DNA from: Carcharhinus amblyrhynchos
Lineage: Eukaryota
NCBI GenBank assembly: GCA_965287045.1
Contig: OZ336876.1
Span: 44,330,001 to 44,394,000, forward strand
Length of the DNA: 64,000 nt
Direction of reading: 5' to 3'
A model generated the notes under the pieces. That model saw nothing but the letters and a program-made list of their open reading frames with translations. It was not told the DNA's origin and did no database searches. The position numbers and the translations under genes were made by a program. Of the stretch, positions 61,865 through 64,000 are shown one piece after another (position 1 is the stretch's first letter; every line of letters starts with the position of its first letter).

Positions 61865-62830
61865 TACTCCAGATGTTAATTCAGATGGTGTTTCTACTTC
61901 AAATTTGTTGCTGCTGTTTTCTATTATGGTTTTCAAGAACACTTTGTAGTTCTTAGATGTAGCACTCCATTTCTTTAGGCCTGTTAGGTAACAACAAATA
62001 GTGATGCTTTAAGTCACTTGAAATTTGCCCTTTGATCACAATGTTTGGTTCTCACTTTTGATCTGTGGGCCCTATTTTACCATTTTGATTCTAAGTGCTG
62101 GGCAGACTTGAAACTGGGAGTGTTTCAGATCCGACCTTTAGACTTGTTCTCAGGTGCTCCTAAAATAAATCAGCAATTCCAAATCCTGTGCTGCAGAAGC
62201 CTGTGGCTGGGGCTTAACATTGAAATCCTGCAGCTTCGATCGGCACCTTCAACTGCACAGGATCCCGGAGCCAGGAAATGCCTCCCCCGGCCCCACAAAC
62301 ATTGCCCCAGCCCCCCAACATTACTGGCCCCCTTATCCACCCACCCCCTGCCAGCCAGAACAGTGTGGCCCCCTCCCCCCCCTTCCCTCCCCCACCAATA
62401 TCAAGCAGAATGGCAGTGGACCCCCCCCAGTGGAACCTGTGTGGAGGCGGGCACGTATCATGCCCGACTTTACCAAGTTTTCGTGCCTGAAAACGGGTGG
62501 AACTCTATGGTAAAATCATGTCCTGTTTCTCCAAGGTATTTCAGATGCTCTGTTGTTATTTTGTCAATGTCAAGAGCTTTTCCTGTGCTCAACAATTTCA
62601 AAGTGTTCCTTACCTCTGCTATCATAATGTTTATTCCTTCATTTTCCTCAATATTTTCAGGATGCCCCTAATTTGGATCATTGTACAATTCAGTCATGTA
62701 TTCTTTCCATGTTTTTGCTACTACATCCTTTTCAAACAATATTTTACCAGTTTTGTTTTTATGCATTTGTTATCTGCCGTTATCATTTTCTTTCTACTGA
62801 TCAAAGTTTTCACTTTCTGATGCAGAGCAT
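61865..62830 (-). mobile_element. RTE-clade LINE ORF2 relic split by a MITE
   Basis: LHQKVKTL...GKILFEKDVVAKTWKEYMTELYND...IMIAEVRNTLKLLSTGKALDIDKITTEHLKYLGE resembles RTE/BovB W.EY..ELY...EV..AL....KA.G.D.I..E; continues KVFLKTIIEN beyond the MITE. Confidence 0.75.
62067..62523 (+). mobile_element. Harbinger MITE
   Basis: Ends gggccctattttacc and ggtaaaatcatgtcc; TSD tgt at 62064-66 and 62524-26. Confidence 0.85.
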
Positions 62831-63339
62831 TCATTTATTAATTGCCTACTTAAGGGCCTCAATTGGCAGTGGAGGAGGAAGGCCATCCTGGACTTAATCA
62901 TAGTCTAGGCATGAAGGTCACCATCCCAACACCCTCTCTAAATGGAAAGGGACACAGTATTTCGCCCATTGAAGGAGATTGCAGAAACATAAATATCCTC
63001 ATTAATAAGATATCTATGATGTTAAAGACCAGCAATAACTTACTTGTGAGTTTAATTGGCAATTACTGTGCAAATCTTTGAAGCTCACAGAGGAGTGAAG
63101 ACCAAGGTGCTTTTTTCATGGGGCTAGTAGCTTATTTTAGAACTGATTTTCAAACCTAGCCATCTACCATGGTGGGTTTTGAACCTGGAACCCCAGAGCA
63201 CTGCTCTACGTTTGTGATTTATGACTGCAGTGACCCATACTACTAGGCCACAGGAGGAACCCATGATGTGAGTGGCAGAGTGGTGCAAATTGTTTAGCAA
63301 GTTGTTGTGATTCATAACTCTTGGGATAGCTCTTCCTGA

Positions 63340-63642
63340 CTACAAATGTTGGATAATTTTGATGTTAGTAATTGCAAACATATTAAGCTTGCTGTTATTT
63401 TGGCAACAAATCTTTGCCTCCTGACTTTTGCAACAATTACTCAGACAGTGTAAAACTGTATAAAACTGCTTTCCAAGCTCACAAAGTGAAACAAGCATAT
63501 CCAGCACTTCTGACAATTTTCCAACAAAATTTTCAACAAGATCCCAACAAAATTTTCCAACTTTCTCAACTAACACTGCGTGCACAGTTAATTCTTTGCC
63601 TAGAACTTCAAACTGGTCAGACAAAGACAAATGCAATTGCAT
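63340..63642 (-). mobile_element. Possible upstream part of the RTE relic (endonuclease-RT linker)
   Basis: LHLSLSDQFEVL...WDLVENFVGKLSEVL resembles the linker motif L.L.NRFEVL...W; same strand as, and upstream of, the 61865-62830 relic. Confidence 0.35.
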
Positions 63643-64000
63643 CTTTATTTAAGAAAGCAAAACCCTCCAGATGCAGCTGAATATATCCTTAATTGAATCA
63701 TGTAACTGAAGTAGAGTACAATTTTATCATTTCTTCTGTTCTTTTCTTGGCAAAGGTGCGCCCTTTGTCAACGAATTCTGAACTGAAAGGATCATTTCAT
63801 TTTGGCTTGGCTCAGTTAATCAAACTATTCTGGAACTTGATTTTTACAGTTGTGTTGATAGTAAAAATATAGAATTACTATATATATATTGCTTATTTAT
63901 GATTATTAAATCTTTGAACTTTTTCTATCAACTTATCACAAATTTTTTCATCACGTTTGTGTTTGATGGAAGACAAAAGTTTACCTTCACAGATGAAGAA

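Noticed and set aside
62045-62671. 208-aa ORF
   Set aside because: Chance read-through of a C-rich MITE into antisense RTE sequence

Overview
Vertebrate, repeat-dense, apparently non-genic DNA (intergenic or deep intron). The repeat complement (HE1-like tRNA SINEs, CR1 LINEs, Penelope-like relics) points to an elasmobranch (shark) genome; this is an inference from family resemblance. I found no intact host protein-coding gene, no genuine tRNA or rRNA gene and no CRISPR array. The two long ORFs (16121-18316 +, 44662-46200 -) are 5'-truncated CR1 reverse transcriptases. Content the ORF track hides: (1) a decayed processed pseudogene of ribosomal protein RPS15 (36099-36531) inserted inside a LINE; (2) four PIF/Harbinger transposase relics, three Myb/SANT partner-gene relics and many related MITEs with 3-bp target-site duplications (TSDs) that are not TAA/TTA; (3) a non-autonomous hAT-like element with a perfect 8-bp TSD; (4) Penelope-like relics, including a degenerate hammerhead-ribozyme core and a near-perfect 25-bp hairpin flanked by a 12-bp TSD; (5) an RTE LINE relic; (6) multi-layer nested insertions; (7) repeat-free stretches that may be conserved non-coding elements. 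I cannot support a genuinely new biological system here. All calls come from manual reading and translation with no database searches, and boundaries of old repeats are approximate.
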